Of a stretch of DNA of 64,000 nt, positions 20,208 to 30,383 are shown piece after piece (the first letter of the stretch is position 1; the number at the start of each line of letters is the position of its first letter). The DNA comes from an uncultured Phycisphaerales bacterium (GTDB lineage Bacteria > Planctomycetota > Phycisphaerae > Tepidisphaerales > Tepidisphaeraceae). Location: NCBI GenBank assembly GCA_963755915.1, contig CAVWLP010000003.1:320001-384000 (forward strand), read 5' to 3'. Below the pieces are notes generated by a model, which saw nothing but the letters and a program-made list of their open reading frames with translations, was not told the origin of the DNA and made no database searches. The position numbers and the translations under genes are program-made.

Positions 20208-22009
20208 ATGGCCAATCAACTCAAGATGGCGGAAGTACAAGCAATTTTGGCACTTGCGCCAGCGGCTGGTCCAATCGGAACATCGCCCGCCAACTCGGCG
20301 TTCACCGGGAGACCGTTGGACGCCACATCCGGTTGTCGGGCGGCGATCCTGCGGCGCCCGGATCGGATTCAAAACCGGCCAGCGCGCCCTCGGCTCGACG
20401 GTGCTCGCCGCAGGCGGCTCGACGGTGCTCGCCGCAGGCGGCTCGACGGTGCTCGCCGCAGGCGGCTCGACGGTGCTCGCCGCAGGCGGCTCGACGGTGC
20501 TCGCCGCAGGCGGCTCGACGGTGCTCGCCGCAGGCGGCTCGACGGTGCTCGCCGCAGGCGGCTCGACGGTGCTCGCCGCAGGCGGCTCGGAGAGCGCGCC
20601 ACCGGGTTATCCGGCGCGCCCATCGGGTCGGTCAGTACGGCATCGCCCTGGCGTGAGGTCATTGTTCAGAAGTTGGAAGCCGGGCTGACGGCCCAGCGGA
20701 TTTATCAAGACATCTCCAGCGATCACGGCTATGCCGGCAGCTATTACAGCGTGCGCCGGTTCATCAAGAAGCTCTCGGCTGCCGCGCCGGCGCCCTTTCG
20801 CCGGATGGAATGCGAGCCGGGAGCCGAGGCGCAGGTGGACTTCGGCCGGGGTGCGCCCTGGTCGGTCCTGACGGCAAACGCAAAGCAACCTGGGTCTTCC
20901 GCATTGTGCTGAGCCACAGCCGCAAGGGGTACGCCGAGGCGGTGGAGCGGCAGACGACCGATGATTTTCTGCGTTGTCTGGAAAATGCCTTTACGCACTT
21001 CGGCGGGATGCCGTCAGCGCTGGTGATCGACAATCTTCGCGCGGCGGTGACGCGGGCGGACTGGTTCGAGGCGGAGTTGTGTCCCAAGGTCCGGTCGTTC
21101 GCCGAACATTATGGAATCGCCATTCTGCCCACCAAGCCGTACACGCCGCGGCACAAGGGGAAGATCGAGCGGGGCATCGGCTATGTGAAGAGCAATGCTC
21201 TCAAAGGCCGGCAATTCGCCTCGCTCTCGGATCAGAACGCGCATCTGCTGACGTGGGAGAAGAGCGTGGCCGACACGCGCATCCACGGCACGACGCGGCG
21301 GCAGGTGAAGGAAGTCTTCGAGCAGGTAGAGAAGCCGGCACTGTTGGCTCTGCCGCCGGTGCGATTCGATCTTTTCACCGAGGCGTTGCGCAGTGTTCAC
21401 CGCGACGGGCACGTGGAGATCAAGGGGGCGTACTATTCGGTCCCGCCGGAGTTTTTGGGCCAGCGGGTCTGGGCGCGGTGGGACGGGCGCACGGTCCGGC
21501 TGTTCGATCAGAAGATGCGTGCGATCGCTCTGCACGCGCAGCGTCCGCCGGGCAGGTTCTCGACGCAAGACGCCCATATCCTGCCGGAGAAGATCAGCGG
21601 CATCGAGCGTGGAACGACCTGGCTTCTCCAGCGGATCGAATGCATCGGGCCGCACGCCACGCAGTGGGCGCAGTCAATGCTTCAGCATCGCGGCATCGAA
21701 GGCGTGCGCGTGTTGATGGGGCTGCTGTCGCTGGCCAATCAGCAGCCGCGACCGGCCGTGGAACGAGCCTGCGAGATTGCTCTGGGGCATGGCGCGTATC
21801 ACCTGCGCTCCCTGCGGCAGCTCATCGAACACCAAAACGGCGCGCCGGTTCAACAACACTTCGAGTTTGTTCAGGAACATCCAATCATCCGCGGACTGGC
21901 CGATTACGGACAGTTCGTACGCGACGCAATCACCCAAGCGGAGGCTTTGCCTGCCGCACAACCTTTACAGGCCTGCCCTGAGCAGAGCCGAAGGGAGTCC
22001 ACCCCATGA
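20208..22009 (+). CDS. istA: IS21 transposase IstA, several frameshifts in the 5' third
   Basis: MANQLKM, WSNRNIARQLGVHRETV HTH, EAQVDFG, VIDNLRAAV, PRHKGKIERG, YYSVPP. Confidence 0.88.
20392..20583 (+). repeat. Perfect tandem array, 8 x 24 bp (GGCTCGACGGTGCTCGCCGCAGGC) inside istA
   Basis: 192 bp = 8 identical units read directly, no spacers. Confidence 0.97.
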
Positions 22010-22896
22010 GACCTTCGTTGATGCAGACGCTCAAGCAACTTCGGCTTTCAGGTCTGGCGAGCAGCCTTGAAGTTCGCCTGAGCGAGGCGGCCGGCAATCG
22101 GCTCGACCACAGTGAGTTTTTGGAACTGATCCTTCAGGATGAACTGAACGTCCGATCCAGCCGGCAGATCGGCCGGCGCGTCAAGGCGGCGATGTTCCGC
22201 GACACCAAAAACCTCGACGAGTTCGACTTCTCCTTCAACACCTCCATCAAACGCAAACAGATTCACGATCTGGCCGCCGGCCAGTTCATTCGTGACAAAC
22301 GTGACGTGCTCTTGCTGGGTCCGCCCGGCGTGGGCAAATCGTTTTTGGCCCAGGCCATCGGACACCAGGCGATCAAGAGCGGCTTGGTGGTCCTGTACCG
22401 ATCCATCTTCGACCTGGCCCGCGACTTTTTAGGCGACGAGGATCTGGGAGCCCAGGACAAGACGCTGGCCCGGTATCTCAAGCCTGATCTGCTTATCATC
22501 GACGACATGGGAATGAAGCAGCTTCCGCGGCGCAGCGGCGAATGCCTGCTGGAGATCGTCATGCGCCGGCACGAGAACCGCTCGACGATGATGACCAGCA
22601 ACCGTCCACTGGAGGACTGGGCCAAGCTGATCGGCGACGTGCCGGCGGCCACGGCCATTCTGGATCGGTTCCTGCAGCACGCCACGATCATCAACATCAC
22701 CGGCAAGAGCTACCGCCTTCGGCATGGGGGCCATTCGACTTCGCTCACGGCAGGCCAATCCGGGACACCGGAAAAGACAAATCCAAAAGGACGGCGGAGT
22801 ACCGCCGGCGATGAAGGGTGCTCCCCCCCGGAAGACACCGTGACAGAGCCGCCGTTGTCTTCTGATGTGGGGGTATCCGCCGGCCAGACGGCGTGA
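22006..22896 (+). CDS. istB: IS21 helper ATPase IstB
   Basis: ATGA overlap with istA; LDEFDFSFN, GPPGVGKS, LLIIDDMG, TSNRP, AILDRFL. Confidence 0.95.
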   Translation: MRPSLMQTLKQLRLSGLASSLEVRLSEAAGNRLDHSEFLELILQDELNVRSSRQIGRRVKAAMFRDTKNLDEFDFSFNTSIKRKQIHDLAAGQFIRDKRDVLLLGPPGVGKSFLAQAIGHQAIKSGLVVLYRSIFDLARDFLGDEDLGAQDKTLARYLKPDLLIIDDMGMKQLPRRSGECLLEIVMRRHENRSTMMTSNRPLEDWAKLIGDVPAATAILDRFLQHATIINITGKSYRLRHGGHSTSLTAGQSGTPEKTNPKGRRSTAGDEGCSPPEDTVTEPPLSSDVGVSAGQTA

Positions 22897-23018
22897 ACGG
22901 GGACCAATAACTCAAGGAACAGTTGCGTCGGATAGAACGGATGCGGTATAGAATACGTCAGCACATTGGCCGGTTTTGAAGCGCCCCGCCCTGGCTGGTT
23001 TTGGCGCGCCCCGTGACA

Positions 23019-23611
23019 CTATAAGTACTGCCATACCCGGTAACCTCGTGACTAACTCTGGATTCGAGACGGGGGACTTTACCGGCTGGACGATCAGCGG
23101 CAATACCGCAAATCCGTTCGGTACTTACTACGGCGTCGACGCCTTCGACGCCAATAGCGGGAATTTTGGCGCATACATGAGCCAGGATTTTATCGACGAT
23201 GGCACGGCGCCGGTGGACTTGAGCCAAACCCTGGCGACGACTCTTGGCGACACGTATAACGTCACGTACTATTTGAAGCAGGACACGGCACCAGTCGTGG
23301 GATATACGCATTCATTCAGTGCGGCTTTTGGAGGAACGACAATTCAGAGCCTGACGCCAACGGTCGGTTCTCCGGGAACTGTTGGGTCGTTTACCAAATA
23401 CTCTTTCTCGGAAACGGCGGCAGGGCCGAGCACAACCCTGCAATTCGCCTTTGAGAATGACGATGATTATTGGTCGTTCGACGATGTCTCGGTGGTAGAC
23501 ACGACGGCGGTGCCCGAGCCCTCTACGGGCGTTCTGGGGGGAATGGCATTGGGGGCCTTGTTGCTCCTGAAGGGCCGTCGGGCCAGGGGACCGAAACTGG
23601 AATGCATATGA
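23019..23611 (+). pseudogene. 5'-truncated PEP-CTERM protein with carbohydrate-binding-like domain
   Basis: NLVTNSGFETGDFTGW...FDDVSV, VPEPST-TM-KGRR; reading frame starts at the IS21 right end with no start codon or signal peptide. Confidence 0.75.
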
Positions 23612-23676
23612 TATTTATATGCGTACATTACTATCTGCGTACAGCGTAACCGTTTCGCTCGCCCATTTTACTGTCT

Positions 23677-23716
23677 GGAGAACTAAAGTTGACGCGGGAG
23701 AACTAAAGGTGACGCG
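23677..23716 (+). repeat. Tandem 20-bp direct repeat GGAGAACTAAAG(T/G)TGACGCG x2
   Basis: Two adjacent copies with one mismatch in AT-rich non-coding DNA. Confidence 0.85.
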
Positions 23717-23931
23717 AACCGTAAACTACTAATCTATGCAATTGATGAATTAAATTGCCAGTAAGAACTAATAAAGGGACGAAACGCAAATTCCCGACAA
23801 ACGAAGCGCTCTCGGCGCGACCAAGGCGCCCAGCCCCAAAAGCCCGCCCCAAGCCCCTGCCCCACCAATACTTGCGTCAGCCAATAAAGCTAGCGATCAC
23901 TAAGCAAAGTCTGAAAACTGTAGCAATGTGT

Positions 23932-25420
23932 TAATCCCGTTCGGCACGCAGGCTTCATCGGAGCATTCCAAAGCTGTGGAGGACGCGAAACAATTGAAGC
24001 TTAGATACTTTTACTTTCCCCTGCTGCACGCCGGCGTCCGCAAGAGCGCAGCATCAACCGCGAGGTCTCCGCGGCGACGGATTCCCCTTCAGTTTACTCC
24101 CAGTTTTTTCAAGGCCTCCGCTCTTGCCCTCAGCTTAATCCCGGTGTTATCCGGCTTGTTCAGGAATCGAAGCACGTCCTGTTCCTCGGCCAGCCCCAGC
24201 AGATACCAGCCGATCATGTTCCGCATCGCCTTGTTCGGCTTCCTGCCGCTGATCAGCTGAATCAGCACGCAGACGATCAGCGCGCAGTGGATTTGGATGT
24301 CGATCCCCTCCTGGCGTTGGCTCAGCAGGTGACGCATGCCCAGCAGTTGCTTGAAGATCCGGAAGAACAACTCAACGGTGTAGCGGTACAGATAAATCAG
24401 GGCGATCAATTCCGCCGGCAGGTCCAGCAGGTTCGTGTACAGGATGATCAGGTCCGTCGGCTTGTTGCCGCTGCGCGTGCGGCGCGGATGGGGTTTCACC
24501 TGCACTTCCACCCGTCGCACCACCCTATCCGCCGCCGTCTCCAGGCCGTCGAGTTTCACCAGCGCGTCTCGCACCACGCCGCCGTCCAATGCTTCCTGTG
24601 AAAGCAATCGTTCTTCAAACAGCTCAAACACCGAGTTTTCCGCGGCCCGCATCACAAAGGAGCTTTGCGCCGCGGCGATGTCCGCAAAGAGGCTCCGGTC
24701 GGCGTAGCCGCCGTCTCCTACATAGCACCGTCCTGCTTCCAGGCTGCGCCGCAGGACGTTGTTTTCACGGTTGGCCCCCGCGTTGCGAGCGCCAGTGCGG
24801 TCGAGGCGATGGACTTTGAACGTCTCCAGATCGAATTGAACGTGCAAACGCCAGCCATAGACCGCTTTCCCGTCCCGGGAGGTGTTGTAGCGCGCATCGA
24901 TGCCGCAAGCGGATTTGGCCAGCCGACTCAGCGCCGTCAGCACCGTCCCGTCGACCAGCGTGATCGCCTGCCCAAAGTCCGCAAGACGCGGATCGGCGCC
25001 TGGGGCAGTTCCCCCGCCAATTCCTCAATCAGCGGCGTCAAACGCCCCGGCTCGAACACCCGAACCGATTCAGAGAAACTGCCCACGGAAAAACGCTTAA
25101 TTCCCAGCGCCTTGGCCACCTTGGGCAGTTCAGCAACCTCCTGAAGATCCCGCAGGGATTGGATCAGCGGATTCCAGGTGTAAAGCAAAACCAGCTTGCA
25201 ATAATCGTCGAAGTGAAGCTGGCGGTTCCCGGCTCGATCCCGCTCACAGCCCACATCCCGCAGCGTGGGCAGCAGCGCGAAGACGCGCCGCAGATGTCCG
25301 AGGCACAGGATCTCTTTTTCCTTCAGTCTTGCCTGCACGTCCGGCAGCATGCCATAAAAAGATCAAAGGCGCAATCTCAATATCTTGCTGCTTGCGCGAA
25401 CCCCGTGCCGAACGGGATTA
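23932..25420 (-). mobile_element. IS4-family insertion sequence
   Basis: Perfect 17-bp terminal IR TAATCCCGTTCGGCACG; 9-bp target duplication GCAATGTGT (23923-23931, 25421-25429). Confidence 0.95.
24089..25350 (-). CDS. IS4-family DDE transposase, frameshift near 24990
   Basis: TLVDGT, YVGDGGYAD, YLYRYTVELFFRIFK (YREK motif). Confidence 0.9.
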
Positions 25421-25440
25421 GCAATGTGTAGCAACCCGTC

Positions 25441-28400
25441 TCACCGCCGCAGCCGGTCGGTTGCGCGCTCGTTTTTCGTTTTGTGCAGCGTCTGATCGGT
25501 GGTGCTCGCGGAAGGTGCAGACGAGACGGGACTCGGTGTCGATGTTATCGATGAGCCGACGACGGTTATGGCCGCGGCCGAGGCGAATGGGGTGGCTACG
25601 ACCGCGGGCGCAGCCGCGGCGATCTGATCCCCCTGGCCGAAATTCCCGGAGAGGGCCGAGAAATCGCTTCCGTTGACGCTGGAGCCGAAGAAGAAATTGC
25701 CCTGGTCCCAGTTTGTGAGTCCCAATCCAAAGCCGGCGGCGAGGATGCTGAAGTCGGTGCCGTTGACGGCGCCGTCCAGGTTGGCGTCGCCGAGGAGGGT
25801 GTATCGCAGCTCGATCTGGCCGGTGGAGAGGCCGGGGACGTTGTGGACGCCGTCGTTGCCGTCGGCCCAGCCGATGCCGTATTGGAGGGCGCCGGGAGTG
25901 GCGTTTTGGGCGGCGGCGGAGGAGGAAATAATTCCCGGGCCGTTCCAGGCGCCGTTGTTATAGCCGCTCTTGAGATAGCCGTAGATGGTGGAGATGGGGT
26001 CGGAGGCAGCGCCGTATTTGACGAAGATTTCGCTGTTGGTCATGTCCAGCTTGCCGGTGCCGCTGACGAGGAGGATGGAGACGTTAAGGACATTGGGGGT
26101 GTTGGTTGCGGAGGGGGTCATTAACGCGGTAGCGCCGCTGGCGATGTTCAGGGCGCCCAGGGTAATTGAGGCGGCGGAGGCGAAGGTGAGTGAGCCGGCG
26201 TTGACGTTTATGGTCGACGTGGACGCGCCGGTGAAGGTGAAGGGGATTGAACTGGGGCCGGTGAAATTGAAGACGTCGCCCGAGCCGGTATCGGTAACGG
26301 TGATGGCGGCGACGCCGGTGAAGCTGATTTGCTCGCCGTTTTGGGTGGCGGTGATTGTGGAGCCGGTATTGCTGAGAGAAACCGCCCCACCGCTGCCGAG
26401 GTTGATGCCGAGGGTGGAGCCGCTGGGGACGGCGAAGTTTTCGGCGATGATGACGGCCGAGCCCTGGGCACTGCCGTCCATGGCGGTGACGAGGAATGTT
26501 CCGGGCGTCGAGCCGAGCGTGGCGTTGCCGCTGCTGTTGATCGAGTTATTCGATCCGGTGATGCCCCAGGTGAAGCTGGGGGAGTTGATCGGGTTGCCGA
26601 ATTGGTCGGTCACCGTGGCGGAGAAGAGCTGGCTGAAACCGATGGGGAGCACCGGGGAATTGCCGGGGGTGACGGCGACTCTGGTTGGGTTTTGAGCGAC
26701 GACGACCGTCAGGGTGCTGGTGGTGGTGCCGCCGAGGGGATTGGTGATGGTTACCAGGAAGTTGTAGGTGCCGGCTATCAGGAAAGTGGCGGTGACATTC
26801 TTGGCGGCGTTGGTGCCGTTCGCGCTGAAGATGACGTTGGCGGGTCCGATGGCGGACCAGGTGTAGGTGAGGTTGGATTCACCGGCCGCATCCGCGCCGA
26901 GAACGGAGAGGCTGGTGCTGGTGGCCGTAACGGGCGGCGCGGGACTGGAGGCGGCGGCCTGGGCGACGGTCGGGGCGTTGTCGGCCTGGAACTCAATGAC
27001 CGTGATTGAATAGCCGGCGAAGGTATAGTCGAAGCTGGTGCCGAGGCCGGTGGCGGTTGAGGTTTCGGGGACGATGTTGGTGGGCTGGGTGATGGAATTG
27101 GTGTCGGTGCTGGAAGCGGCGCTCATGCTGGTGACGGTGCCGGTGGAAGAGACTTCGGTAACCCCCGAGAGATCGATCGTCGTGTTGTTGGCGGTTCCGA
27201 GGGTGTTGATGACGGTGAGGTAGTAGTTGTCGCCGGTGCGGGTGACGATGGTTTGCAGGCCGCCCGCGCCGCTGACGGAGTCGGAGACGACGGTGGCGCC
27301 GTGGTCCTGGCCGAGGATGATCTGGGCGTAGTAGCTGGGTGAGCCGTAGGCGGAGGTGTTGTTGAAGCCGATGAGGTCGGGGGTCCACTGGAGGCCGTTG
27401 ACGTTGGCCCAGAGGGGTGCGTAGGAGGACATCGTCACCAGGTCGGAATTTGCTTCGAGGCCGAGGAGCCAGGAGGCGTCGCCGAGGGCGGATTCCATGT
27501 CGTTGGTGGGGGAGCCCTGGTCGGAGGCGTATTCACCGATGAAGATCTGGGTGGAGCCGCGGGCGACGGTGTCGAAGTAGTTTGAGTTGGCCTCGAACCA
27601 CTGGGGGGTTTCGTAGAAGTGCTCGTCGAGAACATTGTAGGGAGAGCCGCCGGTGGCGGTGCTGGTGGCGATGATCTGAAGGGTGGGAAACGCGGCGTGG
27701 ATGGCGTTGTAGAAGAGGGGATAGCGGGTCGAATAAGTTGAGGAGAAGAAATCCTCGTTGCCGATCTCGACATATTGGATGTTGTAGGGGGCGGGGTGGC
27801 CGTTGGCGGCGCGCTCGGCGCCCCAGGTTGTGGTGACGGGGTCGAGGCAATAATGGAGCTCGTCGACGGCGGAGGTGACGTCGGCGGTGAGAGTGGCGCC
27901 GGTGTCGGAGGTGCCGTTGAGCGTGTAGCCGGCGTAGACGGCAAGGATTGGCATGGCGCCGACTTCCTCGGCCATTTGGAGGTATTCGTCGAGGCCCATG
28001 CCGTCGGTGGACCAGTATCCCCAGGCGGAATTGTAGTGCCCGGTGCGATCCTGGACGGGGCCGATGGTTGCCTGCCAGTTGAAGCGGGTGGCGTAGGTGT
28101 CGCCCTCGAGGTAATTGCCGCCGGGCACGCGGAAAATGGCGGGCTTGAGGGCGGCGAGCATGTCCATCAGGTCGATGCGGAGGTGATTGGACTGGCCTTC
28201 ATAGGAAGGGGGATAGAGATAGGTGGCGCCGATCCAGATGGTTTTGCCGTTGGCGGAGGCGCTGTTGGTGTAGATGTTAAAAACATTGGTGGCGGTGGTT
28301 GGGGTGCTGGCGGTGGTGGTGAGGTTTACGGTGTACTCGGTCCAGGCGGTGGAGATGGAGGAGACGGTGGCGGTTGCCCAGACGGTGCCGGTGGTGGATT

Positions 28401-30240
28401 CGATGTCGACGGTGAGGGGGCCGGTGAAACCGGAGCTGGCCTTGGCGTAGAAGATGACCTGGTAGGTGGTAGAGGGTGCGATGGCGACGCCGAAATAACC
28501 GGAGTTGGAGATGCCGACGCGGGCTGAAGACGACACGCCGGAGGTGACGGTAATTTTGGCGGATTGGGTGAGGGCGCTGGTTGGGCCGGTGGTGGTGTCG
28601 GAGGCGAGGTTGGCGGTGACGCCGGAGCTGGTGAGGAGGGACCAGGCGTTGAGGGCGCCGGTGGAGTCGTTGAAACCGCTGTTTTGGACTTCGTCGTTGT
28701 AGATGCCGCCGGTGGCGCCGTAGTTGATGTCCTCCATGAAGGCGCCGAAGAGGTTTGGGGAGACGGTGACCCCGGTGCTGGTGGTGGCGACGTTGATGGT
28801 GGAGCTGCCGTCGGTGCCGATATAGGCGGCGTCGGCGGTGTTGAGGGGGGAATCGTAAAAGTGGACATCGTCGATGTCGCCGTTGACGAAATCGGTGCGG
28901 GCGCCGTTGAACAGTCCGCCGCCGATGACGGTTGGTCCGGTGGCCTGCCAGCCGCCGGTGTAGGAGACGGAATTTTGGAGGACACCGTTGACGTAGAGCT
29001 GGATTTGGCCGGTGGCGGGGTCGTTGACGCCGATGAGGTTGTACCAGACGCCGGCGGTGGGCGTGAAAGTTGAGTCGGCCTGGGAGACGGCGGCGGAGTC
29101 GCTGTCGGAGGCGAGGCGCGTGAAGGCGAATGTTCCGGTGTCGCCGCGGAGTTGGAGGTAGAAGCCGGAAGTGTTGACGCCGTCGATGGAGACGAAGGTT
29201 TGGTAGCCGGAGGTGTTGTTGAGCAGGACCCAGGCGGAGACGGAGAATGGGAGAGCGGTGTTGATGACGGGGTTGGGGTTGGTGGCGTTGCCGGTGGCGG
29301 TGCCGTTAACGGCGATGGAGTTGGAGCCGATGCGTCCGGCGGCCCAGGTTGCGCCGGAGCCGAGGGTGAGGGTGTTTCCGTGGCCGGTGATGTCGGCGGC
29401 GGTGGTTCCCGAGCCGTCATCAAAAGACCAGGCCGCCGGCTGTGCCAGCGCGGCGACCTGGGGGGCCGAGAGAGCGGAGGAAAAAACTTGAACGTCGTCA
29501 ATTTCGCCGTCGACGTAATCCACCGCCCCGCCGCTGTACCATCCGTGACCGATCATGAGATTGCCGTTGGCCTGCCAGCCGCCGGTGTAGGCGACAGAGC
29601 CCATGGATTGGCCGTCGACGTAGAGGGTGAGGGTGCCGGCGGTGGCGTCGTCCACGCCGACAATCTGGTACCAGGTTCCGGTGAGCGGCGTTTCCGGGGC
29701 GGCAACGACGGTGGCGGTGCCATCGGCGTCGGAGCCGAGACGGGCGAAGGAAAAGGCATCGGTATCGGCGCGAAGGCCGAGGTAGAAGCCGGCAACATTG
29801 GTGCCGGCGATGGAGACGACCGTCTGGTATCCGTTGGTATTGGCCAGGTTGACCCATGCGGAAACGGTGAAGCTGCCGGCGGTGTTGATGATCGGCCCGT
29901 TGGCGGTGACGACACTGTTGGCGGTACCGTTAAGGCTGATGGCTCCGCTGCCGACGTTTCCGGTGACCCAGGAGACGCCTGCGCCGAGGGTTGCCGTGTT
30001 TCCATTTCCTGAGGAGTCGTTGGCGATGGTGCCGGTGCCTTCGTCGAAGGTCCAGTGGGCGGCTGGGGTGGGAACGGTGGGGACGGTTACGGAGAAAAGG
30101 AGGCGGTTTTCGAGGGATTCGACGATGCCGTGGAGAACGTGCCGGCTCCTATTTGCAAACCGTTTCCCCCTTCTTCTTTTCTTGTCGGATTTGGAATAAA
30201 CAGAGGAAGCGCCAGACGATACGGATCCCGGCATACGCAT
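25441..30240 (-). CDS. Large extracellular GH51 alpha-L-arabinofuranosidase with two LamG domains, Ig/PKD-like domains and dockerin-like module
   Basis: ESLENRLL N-terminal motif; FMEDIN, FRVPGGNYLEG, YVEIGNED, DEHFY, IFIGEYA, SYAPL; GDANLDG; no PEP-CTERM. Confidence 0.9.
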   Translation of the reverse strand: MRMPGSVSSGASSVYSKSDKKRRRGKRFANRSRHVLHGIVESLENRLLFSVTVPTVPTPAAHWTFDEGTGTIANDSSGNGNTATLGAGVSWVTGNVGSGAISLNGTANSVVTANGPIINTAGSFTVSAWVNLANTNGYQTVVSIAGTNVAGFYLGLRADTDAFSFARLGSDADGTATVVAAPETPLTGTWYQIVGVDDATAGTLTLYVDGQSMGSVAYTGGWQANGNLMIGHGWYSGGAVDYVDGEIDDVQVFSSALSAPQVAALAQPAAWSFDDGSGTTAADITGHGNTLTLGSGATWAAGRIGSNSIAVNGTATGNATNPNPVINTALPFSVSAWVLLNNTSGYQTFVSIDGVNTSGFYLQLRGDTGTFAFTRLASDSDSAAVSQADSTFTPTAGVWYNLIGVNDPATGQIQLYVNGVLQNSVSYTGGWQATGPTVIGGGLFNGARTDFVNGDIDDVHFYDSPLNTADAAYIGTDGSSTINVATTSTGVTVSPNLFGAFMEDINYGATGGIYNDEVQNSGFNDSTGALNAWSLLTSSGVTANLASDTTTGPTSALTQSAKITVTSGVSSSARVGISNSGYFGVAIAPSTTYQVIFYAKASSGFTGPLTVDIESTTGTVWATATVSSISTAWTEYTVNLTTTASTPTTATNVFNIYTNSASANGKTIWIGATYLYPPSYEGQSNHLRIDLMDMLAALKPAIFRVPGGNYLEGDTYATRFNWQATIGPVQDRTGHYNSAWGYWSTDGMGLDEYLQMAEEVGAMPILAVYAGYTLNGTSDTGATLTADVTSAVDELHYCLDPVTTTWGAERAANGHPAPYNIQYVEIGNEDFFSSTYSTRYPLFYNAIHAAFPTLQIIATSTATGGSPYNVLDEHFYETPQWFEANSNYFDTVARGSTQIFIGEYASDQGSPTNDMESALGDASWLLGLEANSDLVTMSSYAPLWANVNGLQWTPDLIGFNNTSAYGSPSYYAQIILGQDHGATVVSDSVSGAGGLQTIVTRTGDNYYLTVINTLGTANNTTIDLSGVTEVSSTGTVTSMSAASSTDTNSITQPTNIVPETSTATGLGTSFDYTFAGYSITVIEFQADNAPTVAQAAASSPAPPVTATSTSLSVLGADAAGESNLTYTWSAIGPANVIFSANGTNAAKNVTATFLIAGTYNFLVTITNPLGGTTTSTLTVVVAQNPTRVAVTPGNSPVLPIGFSQLFSATVTDQFGNPINSPSFTWGITGSNNSINSSGNATLGSTPGTFLVTAMDGSAQGSAVIIAENFAVPSGSTLGINLGSGGAVSLSNTGSTITATQNGEQISFTGVAAITVTDTGSGDVFNFTGPSSIPFTFTGASTSTINVNAGSLTFASAASITLGALNIASGATALMTPSATNTPNVLNVSILLVSGTGKLDMTNSEIFVKYGAASDPISTIYGYLKSGYNNGAWNGPGIISSSAAAQNATPGALQYGIGWADGNDGVHNVPGLSTGQIELRYTLLGDANLDGAVNGTDFSILAAGFGLGLTNWDQGNFFFGSSVNGSDFSALSGNFGQGDQIAAAAPAVVATPFASAAAITVVGSSITSTPSPVSSAPSASTTDQTLHKTKNERATDRLRR

Positions 30241-30383
30241 GCTCAACCCTCTTGCCGCGAATACGAACCTGGGACGTACATTGCGAACCGCGGCGGGGGC
30301 TATTTAAGCCTAAAATGGGAGCAAAAACAAGCTTTTTTTTCATCGCGAAAGTAAAGGGAATATGGTGGCAATTTGGCGGGCGA

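Larger units (their letters stand above)
20093..23018 (+). mobile_element. IS21-family insertion sequence
   Basis: Ends TGTCATGGGGCGC... / ...GCGCCCCGTGACA; repeated CAAAACCRGCCA sub-terminal boxes; istA-istB pair; no target duplication seen. Confidence 0.93.

Noticed and set aside
20392-20583. CRISPR array
   Set aside because: Units are contiguous and identical with no spacers, and no cas genes are present
20081-20912. Repeat proteins (RRCSPQAA / LDGARRRR ORFs) as independent genes
   Set aside because: They are alternative-frame readings of the array within frameshifted istA
20093-25420. Composite transposon bounded by IS21 and IS4
   Set aside because: Different families, and IS4 has its own target duplication, so it inserted independently
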